A stretch of 64,000 nucleotides of DNA from a virus (lineage: Duplodnaviria > Caudoviricetes). The notes beneath the pieces are model-generated. The model was not told where the DNA came from. It made no database searches and worked only from the letters and a program-made list of their open reading frames with translations. The position numbers and the translations under genes are program-made. The stretch is from positions 4,118-68,117 of IMG/VR virus record IMGVR_UViG_3300030376_001752; one strand, written 5' to 3'. Each line of letters starts with the position of its first letter. Within the stretch, counting starts at the first letter, position 1. Shown in pieces: positions 35,867 to 43,581 of this stretch.

Positions 35867-36631
35867 TTACAGGTAATCAAGCACTTGCGAGTGGTCTACG
35901 TTTTCTATTAATTTGTTTACCGCTTGCTTTTTTAGTTGTGAGACTCTTACATAAGAACTACTACCTTCAATATTTAATATTGATGCTATCTCTTTTGCTG
36001 AGTGTTTCTCACAGTCTAATCCATAACTTAATCTTAACACATTGTATTCTCTATCATCTAGATGTTTCTTTAACAAACTAGTTAAATACATATTAAGTAA
36101 GTTCATGTTGTATGGCTCGGATTTGTCTGGTATTTGATATATCATATTCTCATCATTGTTTGGTTTGTCATCAATGCTTAAGAATATTGAGTTGAAAAAC
36201 ATTGCTACCATTTTCTTATCCTTGCCAAAGTTTTTACGTATTTCGTTTAGCTTATGCTCAGGTATACGTATGTCACCTCTATGAATATCTATTGATCTTC
36301 TTATCGCGCCTCTAATTCTTTTAGATAAAAAGCTTTTCATTGTCTGCTCTTTATCTTCAGACTCATTCATTCTTTCCCAATCAATTCTATCCACAGCTTT
36401 TGTCAAGCCAATTCTTCCATCTTGTATAAGATCTCTTATGTCTAACACTCCAGAAGCTTGTTGACTTGTAGAGAATTTTCTAGCTAAGTTTTCTACTAAA
36501 GGTAGAAATTTAGTTATCAATTCATCTCTTGTGTACAAATGATAATCTGTACCGTAATCCGGTAACCTTTCTAAGGTTTCTTCAAGGTCATTCTTATCTC
36601 TAATGTAGCCTTGAATATTATATTTCTTCAT
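35867..36631 (-). CDS. Phage sigma-70 family RNA polymerase sigma factor
   Basis: Region 2 'LPLVENLARKF...DLIQDGRIGLTKAVDR...IRGAIRRSI'; region 4 HTH 'REYNVLRLSYGL...SAKEIASILN...RVSQLKKQAVNKL'. Confidence 0.9.
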   Translation of the reverse strand: MKKYNIQGYIRDKNDLEETLERLPDYGTDYHLYTRDELITKFLPLVENLARKFSTSQQASGVLDIRDLIQDGRIGLTKAVDRIDWERMNESEDKEQTMKSFLSKRIRGAIRRSIDIHRGDIRIPEHKLNEIRKNFGKDKKMVAMFFNSIFLSIDDKPNNDENMIYQIPDKSEPYNMNLLNMYLTSLLKKHLDDREYNVLRLSYGLDCEKHSAKEIASILNIEGSSSYVRVSQLKKQAVNKLIENVDHSQVLDYL

Positions 36632-37253
36632 TCATCAATTTTTTTTCTCGTTTTAAAGTATCACACATGTGTCTGTGTATTGTTCTTTGTGAAACACCTA
36701 ATAGTTCAGCCATCCAACGAATAGTTATTTTTTTGCCATTGTGGTTTATATCTACCATGCACTGATATATCGTTTCTTTATCTAGCTTGTTTCTACCTAT
36801 TAATTGTCCTACAATTTTTAATTTACCACTAAGGTCTAAACCAGAGTGAGGTTTAAATACTACTTTACGTAGCTTGTTTGCTGGTGGATCACCACCTTGG
36901 TTAAATACATCTTCTATCATAGAATATAATAAATTCTGTTTAATAAAAAAAGTAACGAAACCATTTTCTTTATTAGCTATAAATTTAAATACATACCTCA
37001 TATCATCTTCTAATGATATTTCATCACCATCTACACCATCTATATTTAAATAATATAATACAAGCATGTGCCACTTTAATGATTTGTATGTAGTTATTTT
37101 AGCCTTGCTATTAAACAAGTGATAACATTGATACGTACCATTTTCGTAGTATTTATATTGCTTGGTTTCAATAGTAGGTACATCAGTCGTAGGATCTCTC
37201 CTGTAGACGATGCGTCTATCATTTAACCATTTTAAATTTCTGTCTTGTGACAT
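36618..37253 (-). CDS. HTH-containing DNA-binding protein (regulator or replication initiator)
   Basis: C-terminal 'ITIRWMAELLGVSQRTIHRHM' HTH; its start codon lies inside a 47-bp palindromic element. Confidence 0.65.
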   Translation of the reverse strand: MSQDRNLKWLNDRRIVYRRDPTTDVPTIETKQYKYYENGTYQCYHLFNSKAKITTYKSLKWHMLVLYYLNIDGVDGDEISLEDDMRYVFKFIANKENGFVTFFIKQNLLYSMIEDVFNQGGDPPANKLRKVVFKPHSGLDLSGKLKIVGQLIGRNKLDKETIYQCMVDINHNGKKITIRWMAELLGVSQRTIHRHMCDTLKREKKLMNEEI

Positions 37254-37292
37254 AAGCCTATTACTATCTATATCTTAAGGGCTGTTGTCACA
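37246..37292 (-). promoter_or_regulatory. Palindromic element A (twin of 44976-45023)
   Basis: TGTGACAACAGCCCTTAAGATATAGATAGTAATAGGCTTATGTCACA; 40/48 identical to element B by manual alignment. Confidence 0.7.
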
Positions 37293-37368
37293 GTCCCTTT
37301 TGGTTTTAATGTTAAAAAAATAATTTTATTATTTTTAATAATTCTCTTTCTTAATTTATCTGTCATAT

Positions 37369-37869
37369 TTATACGGCTATATTATTAGGTATTTCTGTAT
37401 ATATTGTCTCGCTACTGTGCGCAATGCTTTTCTTATCGTGTATATAATACTGCCAGTACGCGTGTATAGCACTTTTGTGTTTGTACTCGTCAGGCATAGC
37501 TTGAGGAGGTTCATTGAACTCACCACCTAAAGGAATACCAACTGGACAATTTTTAAGTGCATCAAAACATTTAGTTATACTTAAATGCTTCTTGTTATAT
37601 CGTTTAGTATACTCATCACCTAGTGCTAACATATGATGAAACAACCAGTAATATTGTCTACTGTTTTGTCTACACCATATTGTTGATGGGTGATTATAAT
37701 GAGCTTTCTTATACGGTATATACTCTGCATCGTAACCTAACAACTCAGCATAATGATGATGAGCCGTACAAAGCATTTGAGCTGATTCTAAGATCATCTT
37801 AACTACATGCTTATTGTATTGTACTTGAGCAGCTTTAACAGGATCTTTATCTAAATAAAATATATTCAT
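37369..37869 (-). CDS. Pyrimidine-dimer DNA glycosylase-like protein (DenV-related family)
   Basis: 'MNIFYLD..P..AA....NKHVVKMILESAQML' and 'YKKAHYNHPSTIW'. Start moved to 37869. Confidence 0.8.
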   Translation of the reverse strand: MNIFYLDKDPVKAAQVQYNKHVVKMILESAQMLCTAHHHYAELLGYDAEYIPYKKAHYNHPSTIWCRQNSRQYYWLFHHMLALGDEYTKRYNKKHLSITKCFDALKNCPVGIPLGGEFNEPPQAMPDEYKHKSAIHAYWQYYIHDKKSIAHSSETIYTEIPNNIAV

Positions 37870-37958
37870 TCTTCTTCGTTTGGTATATAATACATAATTG
37901 CAAAGCAAATTATCGCAAATACTGTTAATACTAATATTGCTTCTGTTGTTACACTCAT
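37866..37958 (-). CDS. 30-aa single-TM peptide (not in ORF track)
   Basis: MSVTTEAILVLTVFAIICFAIMYYIPNEEE; ATGA overlap with the next gene. Confidence 0.5.
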   Translation of the reverse strand: MSVTTEAILVLTVFAIICFAIMYYIPNEEE

Positions 37959-38057
37959 TTGTATCTTTTATTATTTAATCTATTGTAATGTTTATCTAAT
38001 AATATGTTAGCAACTTCCTCGCTAATCATATTGTCATTATATAATTGCCAAATTAAC

Positions 38058-38270
38058 TTACTCATTGGTTGGTATTATTTCGCCAAATACAATTAGTTCT
38101 ACGTCTGTTTGACTGTAACAGTTTGTTTCTGGCCAGTTAATATATCTATTATATATCAGCAAGTGCTCATCAAGAGGTTGCTTGTAGCAATAATACATTG
38201 CTGTAAATACTCCTGCAAAATAGAACAAAGCTATTATACAGAACTTATCTACTAAATCTAGTTTATTCAT
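38058..38270 (-). CDS. Small membrane-anchored protein
   Basis: N-terminal TM; start moved to 38270, overlapping the ligase stop. Confidence 0.55.
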   Translation of the reverse strand: MNKLDLVDKFCIIALFYFAGVFTAMYYCYKQPLDEHLLIYNRYINWPETNCYSQTDVELIVFGEIIPTNE

Positions 38271-39105
38271 AATCTCGTATAGTTTTAAATAGCGGGTGTC
38301 TATAAGAACCTGCTTGTGTTCGTTGAAAATAGGTAAAGGTTGCACGCTTGCCAATGTAATCAGCGACGTTTGTCAACATCTCTTCTAAATCCTTGTAGTT
38401 GTAACCTTTGCCCGGCGGACAACCGAACTGTACACCTTCGTCATCTAGCATAATGAACTTGCCAAGTGTGCCTGTCCTTTTGCCTTTACCTAATTCATAA
38501 CCTATGATAGTTGCTTCAGTATCGCTGAAGTCTTTGAATTTCATCAGGTCGTAAGATCTACCGTGTTTGTATAGACCATCTAATCTAATAATAGAACCTT
38601 CGTAACCCTCACTTAAGAACGTGGTATGAATAGTTCTAGCATAATTATAGCTGTCAACTAATTGTGCAGGTACATTCTTTACGTAATCACCGTATATATC
38701 TATATCGCTGTTATAAAGATTTTGCATACGAGATTTATAGCTGTCGTATCTGACACCGTCGAAATAATCGTAGCAATGAAACTGTACAAGTTTTCTAGCA
38801 TCTAGTCTATCATCTGCGGTAGGCTTTTGCTTACGAACTAATGATATAATCTTTTCGAAATCATGTTTAAGTTCATGATTATATAATTCGCCATCAAGAA
38901 CAATATCTGGTTGTTGCTTGAAGAACGGTATAAGTGCTAACTCAATGTGAGCTAGATTTTTAAATTGTTTACCGGTACGAGAGAACGCACCATCTTTGGT
39001 AAGTAGACAGCGGACGCCATCTAGTTTCGGTTGTATGTACACAGGTAAAGACCAGTCAACTCTGTCGTCATCGTACTTGTGTGCAAGCATAGGTTTTAAT
39101 GTCAT
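38263..39105 (-). CDS. ATP-dependent DNA ligase
   Basis: Motif I 'QPKLDGVR', 'LDGELY', 'EGSIIR', 'MKFK'. Confidence 0.92.
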   Translation of the reverse strand: MTLKPMLAHKYDDDRVDWSLPVYIQPKLDGVRCLLTKDGAFSRTGKQFKNLAHIELALIPFFKQQPDIVLDGELYNHELKHDFEKIISLVRKQKPTADDRLDARKLVQFHCYDYFDGVRYDSYKSRMQNLYNSDIDIYGDYVKNVPAQLVDSYNYARTIHTTFLSEGYEGSIIRLDGLYKHGRSYDLMKFKDFSDTEATIIGYELGKGKRTGTLGKFIMLDDEGVQFGCPPGKGYNYKDLEEMLTNVADYIGKRATFTYFQRTQAGSYRHPLFKTIRDYE

Positions 39106-39383
39106 AGGTTATCTAATTTGTTATTTACTTCGTCTAATTTTTTCTTTATTATTGCTGCCTTCATGTATTCTTCATTTGTTTCGTACATGTGCATAAGTGT
39201 AGTTAGTCTAGCCATTTCGCCAACTAAGAACTCTTCTTCTGTTTCTTTAAAAGGCAATTGTCCTTTTAGTAACTCACCAACTGTCATCGGTGTATTATAT
39301 TGATGCCAATTAGGACTAGCTGATTTTTCTATTAATTTATCTAATACTCTATCAACTATTATGTTTAATTCATCATCTGTCAT
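39102..39383 (-). CDS. Hypothetical early protein with UVR-like helical C-terminus
   Basis: Starts directly after an early promoter motif; 'EEYMKAAIIKKKL'. Confidence 0.6.
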   Translation of the reverse strand: MTDDELNIIVDRVLDKLIEKSASPNWHQYNTPMTVGELLKGQLPFKETEEEFLVGEMARLTTLMHMYETNEEYMKAAIIKKKLDEVNNKLDNL

Positions 39384-39388
39384 GTTTA

Positions 39389-39420
39389 TATTATCCAACT
39401 TCGTTCGTATTTATATTGTA
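39389..39420 (-). promoter_or_regulatory. Early promoter motif copy 1
   Basis: TACAATATAAATACGAA-N8-GATAATA. Confidence 0.8.
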
Positions 39421-39914
39421 TTTGTAAGAATGTCAACAATTTTCTGTGCGTGACTTCTAACTCTGTTATAATTAGCTATATATCTAGTTTCGCCATTAGC
39501 AAAGTCAGTATAATCCATATCTTTCATGTATTTAGATATAATCTTCTCAGGTTTAAGTACAAACACGTTTTTACTACTATAATTATCATAGCAACTAACC
39601 CATCTGTCTTGTTTACCTGTAAATATAATATAAGTATATTGATGGTCAATATTAGCGTGATCCGCATATAAGTAGCAACTGTCATAGTACATATCATGAA
39701 CTAACTTAGCAGCTAAACGGCTACCGTCACTAGTTGGGTTAGCGTGTAACCAATTAGCGATCTGTATACCTTGCCACTCAGGATAACCGTCATGATGTAA
39801 GTACATATTTACATAGCTTTTGTCACTGAAAAAACTAGGGTTTTCTGCAAAACCAAGCTCTGATTCTTCAGCGTGTCGTCTATCTACGACCATAGTTAAA
39901 TTTCTTGTAGCCAT
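39411..39914 (-). CDS. Hypothetical early protein (YxHxDGYP motif)
   Basis: 167 aa; 'MYLHHDGYPEWQG'. Confidence 0.7.
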   Translation of the reverse strand: MATRNLTMVVDRRHAEESELGFAENPSFFSDKSYVNMYLHHDGYPEWQGIQIANWLHANPTSDGSRLAAKLVHDMYYDSCYLYADHANIDHQYTYIIFTGKQDRWVSCYDNYSSKNVFVLKPEKIISKYMKDMDYTDFANGETRYIANYNRVRSHAQKIVDILTNTI

Positions 39915-39915
39915 A

Positions 39916-40104
39916 TTATTTGGTTTCTATGTAGCCTGCTTCGATTAAATCTTTTAATGTACGCCCGAACCAACCTTGCAGACCGTTATAAAGTTCGTGG
40001 TCGTATATATATTGCCATGCAGCTAAAACTTCGTCGCTGTCATTTGCTTCTACGAAACCTTCAGCTATGCCAACAGCCTCGTAACTAGTCATTTTTCTTC
40101 TCAT
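39916..40104 (-). CDS. Hypothetical early protein
   Basis: 'AAWQYIYDHELYNGLQGWFGRTLKDLIEAG'; start moved to 40104. Confidence 0.65.
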   Translation of the reverse strand: MRRKMTSYEAVGIAEGFVEANDSDEVLAAWQYIYDHELYNGLQGWFGRTLKDLIEAGYIETK

Positions 40105-40105
40105 A

Positions 40106-40417
40106 TTATTGTTCTTTAAATAACGCATAGCCAAGCTTTGCATAGTTAATAATGTCAGCAAACCTAGATTCTATTGGTTCTGCTTCAGTTAAATCAGGAT
40201 TTTTTACGTGAGCAGCAACAGAACTACATTGCTTATCAAAGAATATAAGCCATACAGTTAAAGGATCTACACCAGCTTTAGCTGCAGTAGCCTTGAAGTT
40301 AGCCAACACGTCGTCACTTCCATTAGTATACTCTGGACCCTTGTGGTTCATAGTAGATTGAGCTAGTATATCTAACTCGTTAGTTAATTTATTAAATTCT
40401 ATCGTAGTCATAATCAT
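40106..40417 (-). CDS. All-alpha NTP-PPase-like / nucleotide-modification-associated (DUF1599-like) protein
   Basis: 'KGPEY...DVLANF...DK...IESRFADIINY'. Confidence 0.55.
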   Translation of the reverse strand: MIMTTIEFNKLTNELDILAQSTMNHKGPEYTNGSDDVLANFKATAAKAGVDPLTVWLIFFDKQCSSVAAHVKNPDLTEAEPIESRFADIINYAKLGYALFKEQ

Positions 40418-40425
40418 TTTTTTAG

Positions 40426-40499
40426 ATGCGCAGGAAGGATTCGAACCTTCGACCTCGAGCTTATGAGGCTCGCGAGCTGACCAACTGCTCCACCGCGCA
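40426..40499 (-). tRNA. tRNA with CAT anticodon (Met-like, atypical identity elements)
   Basis: Full cloverleaf: TGCGCGG/CTGCGCA acceptor, GAGC/GCTC D-stem, CGAGC-CTCATAA-GCTCG, GAAGG-TTCGAAT-CCTTC; U73; no encoded CCA. Confidence 0.9.
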
Positions 40500-40511
40500 A
40501 TGTGTATAGCA

Positions 40512-40769
40512 TTAATCTAGCAATACCATATAACCTGCTGAGTCCGTACTTCTGAACCAGTCTAAACCTTTGTAGAAGTCTTTAATTATCTTCTCATCAG
40601 TATTACCCATTTCAAAAGTCATTTGTGCACCCATTATAAAGTCATACATTGCTAGTTGTGCTGCTGTTAATTTATATTCTTCTCCGCTGAACGGATTTGT
40701 TACTGTATCACCTTCAGTATATACAGCTCCATTAAACCATTTTGGTAATTTGTTTTTATCTTTATTCAT
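40512..40769 (-). CDS. Hypothetical early protein
   Basis: 85-aa ORF in the early gene run. Confidence 0.65.
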   Translation of the reverse strand: MNKDKNKLPKWFNGAVYTEGDTVTNPFSGEEYKLTAAQLAMYDFIMGAQMTFEMGNTDEKIIKDFYKGLDWFRSTDSAGYMVLLD

Positions 40770-40995
40770 CTTTATTTAGGAATTTATCACCGTACATAAC
40801 ATCATGTGCAGTAAGTTGGTATGTATATAAGTCAGAATAAGAGCATAGATCACTAACGTCTGACACTGTTAGCTCTGACCATATGTTACTAGCCATAAGC
40901 TTGTAAGATAATCTCTTTGCTGAGTCATACTTCAAAGCATTAATCTCAAGAGTTGTTTGAATGTTTGGTCTTAGTAGTTCGTATAAGTTTTTCAT
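40762..40995 (-). CDS. Hypothetical early protein
   Basis: 77 aa, directly downstream of promoter copy 2. Confidence 0.65.
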   Translation of the reverse strand: MKNLYELLRPNIQTTLEINALKYDSAKRLSYKLMASNIWSELTVSDVSDLCSYSDLYTYQLTAHDVMYGDKFLNKDE

Positions 40996-41013
40996 ATTGT
41001 ATTTATTTAATTA

Positions 41014-41045
41014 TATTATCTAACTTGATTCGTATTTATATTGTA
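41014..41045 (-). promoter_or_regulatory. Early promoter motif copy 2
   Basis: TACAATATAAATACGAA-TCAAGTTA-GATAATA. Confidence 0.8.
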
Positions 41046-41120
41046 ATATCAAGGGTGACACCATGCACAGTGTCCAAGCTTTCTGAGGTGTTAACCGTCC
41101 TTCTTGTTTTACCCTGTTAG

Positions 41121-41167
41121 AGAACATGGTGGGATTCGAACCCACACTTTAGTACCGTAGCATGTTC
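41121..41167 (-). ncRNA. tRNA minihelix 1 (acceptor stem + T-arm, no D or anticodon arm)
   Basis: GAACATG-(15 nt)-GTGGG TTCGAAT CCCAC-CATGTTC-T, followed by CTAA. Confidence 0.65.
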
Positions 41168-41261
41168 TACCATAATTACTACTTGTCACTACGACTGGCT
41201 TTGTACAACTGATACCTCAAGGAAGCCAAGGCGTCGATTTACTGTTAAAGTAATAAATTAG

Positions 41262-41422
41262 TGGACGTGGCAGGATTCGAACCTGCGTTACCGGGTTGCG
41301 GTTGGATTCAACTAAACTGAGGCTGCCTCAATTAGCAACTCTTGCAGCAAGATTAACACCGTTGCTTTGAGTGTAAGTTTAGTTTACTGTTACCGATTTC
41401 CGGTCAATACCTCATCACGCCC
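41262..41422 (-). ncRNA. ssrA: Miniature tmRNA-like RNA (161 nt)
   Basis: GGGCGTG/CACGTCC acceptor with G3.U70 and A73; D-loop analogue ATGAGGTATTGAC; CCGG/CCGG helix; TAAC linker; T-arm GCAGG-TTCGAAT-CCTGC. Confidence 0.75.
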
Positions 41423-41532
41423 ATAAAGTAGCAGTTGTAGACTGGTAGTTAACTAGTATTGTCATTTATCTACAATTTCTGTTTTGCGAACCATAGTAGG
41501 AATTACCGCTAACGTGACCAGTATGCCGCCAC

Positions 41533-41784
41533 TTAGTTTCCAAACTCTATACCGCTTCTAGATGTCACCATCCATTCACAGTCTTGTAACTTGTGTCCTG
41601 CTCCGTATAGAAACGCTTCGCAAGATTCACAGTCTGGATTCCACTTATTTTCTTTGTTACATAAAGCGCTAATGTCATATCTATATACCTTACCAACTGT
41701 AAAGTCTAGTACAAATACATACTTAGCTACTGTATATTCTTTTTCTTCTTGCATTTCTGCATATGCTTTTTTTGAATCACTCAT
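41533..41784 (-). CDS. Hypothetical early protein
   Basis: 83-aa ORF. Confidence 0.6.
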   Translation of the reverse strand: MSDSKKAYAEMQEEKEYTVAKYVFVLDFTVGKVYRYDISALCNKENKWNPDCESCEAFLYGAGHKLQDCEWMVTSRSGIEFGN

Positions 41785-41797
41785 AATTATTATATTA

Positions 41798-42007
41798 TTA
41801 TCTTAAACAAGTACCGTAACCTCTACGAGCGGTTAGCTTACGTATTCTAGCTGCTTGGGCCTTTGGCATTATCTGAATAGTATTGCCGGTTTTGTGGTAT
41901 GTGATTGCCACACAGCCATAAGCTTCCGTACTGCTACAGTTAACACATTCTTTGTAACCGAGTGCTAACCGCTGCGGAGGTATTATATTATTACATTTAC
42001 ACTTCAT
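41798..42007 (-). CDS. DksA/TraR-like C4 zinc-finger protein
   Basis: 'CKCNNIIPPQRLALGYKECVNC' matches the C..C...IP..RL.....C..C pattern; start moved to 42007. Confidence 0.6.
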   Translation of the reverse strand: MKCKCNNIIPPQRLALGYKECVNCSSTEAYGCVAITYHKTGNTIQIMPKAQAARIRKLTARRGYGTCLR

Positions 42008-42201
42008 TATCCTCTTACCCAGGTTAAACCTTTGTGATTGAACCACTCGCTTATACCTTCTTTGTCAGTGTCAGCATTATATATAAAGCCGAAGTTGTTA
42101 GGTATACTACATATATCGTAAGCAATCCACTTTTGATTGTTGAGTAGTAATTGTTTAGGGTCTTTTTTAGAGTATTTGATAGTTTTGATAGTGTCTGTCA
42201 T
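42007..42201 (-). CDS. Hypothetical early protein
   Basis: 64 aa, downstream of promoter copy 3. Confidence 0.6.
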   Translation of the reverse strand: MTDTIKTIKYSKKDPKQLLLNNQKWIAYDICSIPNNFGFIYNADTDKEGISEWFNHKGLTWVRG

Positions 42202-42238
42202 AATTGTAAAGTTTATATTATTATTTTAAATTCATTTA

Positions 42239-42270
42239 TATTATCTGATTGTATTCGTATTTATATTGTA
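42239..42270 (-). promoter_or_regulatory. Early promoter motif copy 3
   Basis: TACAATATAAATACGAA-TACAATCA-GATAATA. Confidence 0.8.
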
Positions 42271-42273
42271 AAA

Positions 42274-42744
42274 CTATTCTTCATCTTCATCTTCTTCTAC
42301 AAAATATTCACCTGAATCTAATAACTCGTCTTTCTTTTCTGACTCTTTTTCTTCGTATACATCTGTCCACCACTGTTCTAATTCGTGGTTGAAGTCATAT
42401 TCCATATCGTCCCATAAGTGAGGTTCTACCCACACATCAGAACCAGATACTAATTCGTTTATCGCTTGTTCTGACCACTCTGGATAATCTTCATATTGAT
42501 AACCATCTTGTGAAACATAAGGTTTCTCGTCGTGAGTACACCAATATATATCATAACTATCAGCTGTTGACTCGCTATATATTTTTAACATGTGTCTACT
42601 ATCATTCCAGTCACTAGTGTTATCTAACTTACCACCATATTCTGTGTTGATATATTCTAGAAGCCAAGTCGCATCTGGCTCTTCCATGATGCCATCTTCT
42701 TCTAATTTTTCCTTTAAAATTTCGTCCGTTAATAATTCGCTCAT
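42274..42744 (-). CDS. Highly acidic early protein (possible DNA mimic)
   Basis: 156 aa, very rich in Asp/Glu and aromatic residues. Confidence 0.6.
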   Translation of the reverse strand: MSELLTDEILKEKLEEDGIMEEPDATWLLEYINTEYGGKLDNTSDWNDSRHMLKIYSESTADSYDIYWCTHDEKPYVSQDGYQYEDYPEWSEQAINELVSGSDVWVEPHLWDDMEYDFNHELEQWWTDVYEEKESEKKDELLDSGEYFVEEDEDEE

Positions 42745-43148
42745 TATGCATAGTTTTTAATATAATACTCTAACATATAATTTAAACGAGCAAGGCCAGA
42801 GTATATTAATGCTCTTGCTGTTTGTGTATAGTGTTTAGTAACTAAACCATTTTCAGTTAAATAAGTCCACCTAACATTTTGCTTATATTGTTTATTAAGC
42901 TGATAGTTTGATGAGCAACTATTACAGTTTCTTACATAACCACTCTTATATACTGCTAATCTTAGCTTGTATGATGATGGTTTAAGTTTACCGTTATAGT
43001 AAGCGTATCTAGCAGGCACTGGAAATTCAAATTCTCTTGTACCATTTTTCGCTTGTCTTTGTGTAGTTACTTCTTTGATTCCATATTCTACTAGTAATCT
43101 TCTTGCGTAAGCATTTTCTAATGCCTCTTGTTCTTGTTTCCAGTTCAT
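42744..43148 (-). CDS. Hypothetical early protein
   Basis: 134-aa basic ORF. Confidence 0.65.
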   Translation of the reverse strand: MNWKQEQEALENAYARRLLVEYGIKEVTTQRQAKNGTREFEFPVPARYAYYNGKLKPSSYKLRLAVYKSGYVRNCNSCSSNYQLNKQYKQNVRWTYLTENGLVTKHYTQTARALIYSGLARLNYMLEYYIKNYA

Positions 43149-43149
43149 A

Positions 43150-43356
43150 TTAATGATTTTTAAGTAAGTGATTAGCGATCTTCTCAGCAGTGAGTGACAT
43201 GAGATAACTATGAGCTTCGTTATATTCTAAGGGTGTAGAGCTAAGTAACTCGTCAATCTCACCACTGAGTGTCCAATCGCATATTTTATATATTTCTTTT
43301 ATTGCTTCTTTGCTAGCTTTGTCTGCTAGTCTATCAAATTCTTTAGTCTTGCTCAT
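43150..43356 (-). CDS. Hypothetical early protein
   Basis: Start moved to MSKTKE at 43356. Confidence 0.6.
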   Translation of the reverse strand: MSKTKEFDRLADKASKEAIKEIYKICDWTLSGEIDELLSSTPLEYNEAHSYLMSLTAEKIANHLLKNH

Positions 43357-43579
43357 AATATTCTCTTTTAAATGGTGAGTTCTCATCACCTGGTGCATAC
43401 TTATTCCAGTGGTCTACTAGTTCTTTAGTCCAACCGCCTTGAGCTTTAACTTTTTCGTTAATTAATTCCATTTGTCTTAACCCACCTTTCCAATATCTGT
43501 GGTCATCTGCCATCATATAAGTGAAGTCGTGATGTTTAATCATATCTTTTAGTGATAAGTCGTCGAAGTATTTAGCCAT
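43343..43579 (-). CDS. Hypothetical early protein
   Basis: 'HDFTYMMADDHRYWKGG' motif. Confidence 0.65.
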   Translation of the reverse strand: MAKYFDDLSLKDMIKHHDFTYMMADDHRYWKGGLRQMELINEKVKAQGGWTKELVDHWNKYAPGDENSPFKREYYEQD

Positions 43580-43581
43580 AG

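Noticed and set aside
40503-40513. AATGCTATACA upstream of the tRNA as a dedicated regulatory motif
   Set aside because: The same or near-identical string also occurs inside coding regions (Ala-Ile-His codons, for example in erf), so chance cannot be excluded.
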